Source of the DNA: Spirochaetota bacterium
Lineage (GTDB): Bacteria; Spirochaetota; UBA4802; JAFGDQ01
Assembly: GCA_043803405.1 (NCBI GenBank)
Contig: JAZDKB010000009.1
Location: 128,001 to 192,000, forward strand
Reading direction: 5' to 3'
DNA: 64,000 nt
The notes under the pieces are model-generated. The model saw only the letters and a program-made list of their open reading frames with translations, did no database searches and was not told the DNA's origin. Made by a program: the position numbers and the translations under genes. This document shows, piece after piece, positions 62,329-64,000 of this stretch. Position 1 is the first letter of the stretch, and each line of letters begins with the position of its first letter.

Positions 62329-63261
62329 TTGAACGCAAAACTCTATCAATATCTTATGAAAACCAATAATAAGCCCGGATTATTCAGCAAACCCCTAACC
62401 GTATGCCCGTTGTGTAAAAGCAAAAACATTAAGCCATATTATCTTATTAAAAATTACAAACAGCATTTTAAAACAGATAAATGTACAGACTGCGGATTTA
62501 TATTCATGAATCCGAGATTCGGCAATAAAGTCCTTAAAGACATGTACTCCGAGCATTATTACACAGGAAACGCGGAATATAAGTATTACGATGAAAGGGA
62601 CGCGGAAAAATACTCGCGCTATGTGTGGGAAAAGAGAGTAAGGAAGATAAGGCAATACGCGGACGGCGGCAGCTTTCTGGATGTGGGGTGCGCTTTCGGC
62701 GGGCTGCTTAAAACAGCGTCGGAGCATTTTACTCCGTACGGCATAGAGCTCTCGGAATATTCCGCAGGATACGCAAAAAAAGCGTTCGGGAGCAAAATCC
62801 ATTGCGGGAGCCTGGCAGATCACCGCTTTAAACGGGGCTCTTTCTCGGTCATTACCATGATCGAACTGCTGGAGCATATCGCTGACCCGGTATTCGCAAT
62901 AAACGAATGCTATAAGCTTTTAATAAAAGGCGGGCTTCTTGTTGTTCAGACTGCGAACATGAACGCTCTCCAGGCAAGGATACTGAAAGACATGTATGCT
63001 TACTTTATGCCCGGACATGTATCGTATTTCAGTAAAAAGAATCTGACAGATATTTTAATTAAAGCAGGGTTCAGCAAAATAAAAGTATACTACCCGGTGG
63101 AATTCGGGCTGCTTCCAAAGCTTTTAAAATCGCGATATACTTTCAAATCACTGTTCGATTACAGGCACTGGATGAGAATTGCGTATTACCACTGCATAAG
63201 CAAGCTGCACTTTAAAGATTTCGCTGCTACAAGTTCCATGGTGATTTACGCGGTGAAGTAA
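62329..63261 (+). CDS. Class I SAM-dependent methyltransferase with N-terminal Zn finger
   Basis: 'CPLC...CTDCGFIFMNPR', 'LDVGCAFG', 'ELLEHIADP'. Confidence 0.85.
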   Translation: MNAKLYQYLMKTNNKPGLFSKPLTVCPLCKSKNIKPYYLIKNYKQHFKTDKCTDCGFIFMNPRFGNKVLKDMYSEHYYTGNAEYKYYDERDAEKYSRYVWEKRVRKIRQYADGGSFLDVGCAFGGLLKTASEHFTPYGIELSEYSAGYAKKAFGSKIHCGSLADHRFKRGSFSVITMIELLEHIADPVFAINECYKLLIKGGLLVVQTANMNALQARILKDMYAYFMPGHVSYFSKKNLTDILIKAGFSKIKVYYPVEFGLLPKLLKSRYTFKSLFDYRHWMRIAYYHCISKLHFKDFAATSSMVIYAVK

Positions 63262-63813
63262 TTATTTTATCAGCTTGCTTATTGCCTTGAACTCCTCAGT
63301 GCCCGAATACTCCAGAAGCTGAAAGAGTATCATCTCCGTTGAAACTATAAAAACGCCCGACTGCCGCATCCTTTCCAGGGCAATCGATTTATTTTTCAAA
63401 GTCCTCGAAGAGACAGCATCCGCGACCAGGTGCACTTCGAGGTTGAGCTTAAGCGCATCGAGCGCTGTTTTTAGCAGGCATACGTGCGCCTCAACGCCGA
63501 AAAGCACAAGCGATTCTACGCCAAGCGCAGTTATTTTGTTTCTGAATTCGCTGTTTCCGAAGCAGCTGAAATGCAGCTTTTCTATAATCGCCGCGTTCTT
63601 TGGCAGCATTATTTCCCTGAGCGTTCTTCCAAGGCCTTTCGGGTACTGCTCCGTTGCAACAACCGGTATATTTAAAATACCGGCAGCCTGAATAAGTATC
63701 CTGGCATTTGAAATGACCTCTTTTATTCCTTTTATTGCTGTATTAAATCTGTCCTGTATGTCTATCTCTACAAATGCGGTTTTACTTTTTTCTATAATTC
63801 CCAACTTATCCAT
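63262..63813 (-). CDS. Isochorismatase family hydrolase
   Basis: 'IDIQDR', 'TEQYPKGLG', 'GVEAHVC'; start set at MDKLG with GGAGG RBS. Confidence 0.9.
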   Translation of the reverse strand: MDKLGIIEKSKTAFVEIDIQDRFNTAIKGIKEVISNARILIQAAGILNIPVVATEQYPKGLGRTLREIMLPKNAAIIEKLHFSCFGNSEFRNKITALGVESLVLFGVEAHVCLLKTALDALKLNLEVHLVADAVSSRTLKNKSIALERMRQSGVFIVSTEMILFQLLEYSGTEEFKAISKLIK

Positions 63814-63936
63814 GCCTGCCTCCCGGATATTACTGTCTTGACTTAATTGTAAGACAAATTTATAATATGTGAACCTAAAAAAATAATATAAAACAGTAAA
63901 TTTATTTTTTACAAGCAATTTTATTGAGGTGAAATT

Positions 63937-64000
63937 ATGTCGATAATAAACATGATGGAAGATAAAATAAAAGCAACCGTAAATGATATTCTTTCCCTCA
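63937..64000 (+). CDS. Probable ComFB (late competence development) family protein, 5' end only
   Basis: GAGGTG RBS; MSIINMMEDKIKATVNDILSL resembles the ComFB 'NxMExxV' N-terminus; only 21 codons visible. Confidence 0.5.
   Translation, partial: MSIINMMEDKIKATVNDILSL

Overview
AT-rich bacterial chromosome segment. Gene content and lipoprotein signals suggest Spirochaetota, probably a Leptospirae-like lineage (inference). 1-18.3 kb is housekeeping: efflux adaptor/TolC, tRNA-Thr/Tyr, hemW, nagZ, a LOG-family gene, tRNA-Leu/Cys, ispG-asd-tatA-proA-nadD-LCP-rsfS and an APC permease. About 18.4-34.7 kb is accessory. It holds minus-strand integron-type gene cassettes separated by attC sites, with no integrase gene in the window. 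A decayed IS91-type HUH transposase sits divergently at the head of the best-preserved cassettes, followed by more decayed cassettes (lipoproteins, DJ-1/PfpI, orphan response regulator, HEPN-like protein). The region ends with an unexplained module: a 243-aa all-helical protein gene followed by a GC hairpin and an array of alternating 21-nt units, plus a second 21-nt triplet upstream. 34.9-64 kb contains MgtC/DUF4010, a hybrid kinase, futalosine menaquinone genes split into two blocks (mqnE-mqnA and mqnC-menG), a frameshifted REP-associated transposase with its REPs, uup, SPFH, a 2913-aa cyclic beta-1,2-glucan synthase, a diguanylate cyclase, xth and methyltransferases. Several families of small palindromic or MITE-like repeats are scattered through the intergenic DNA. 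All calls come from motif recognition by eye; no searches were run.
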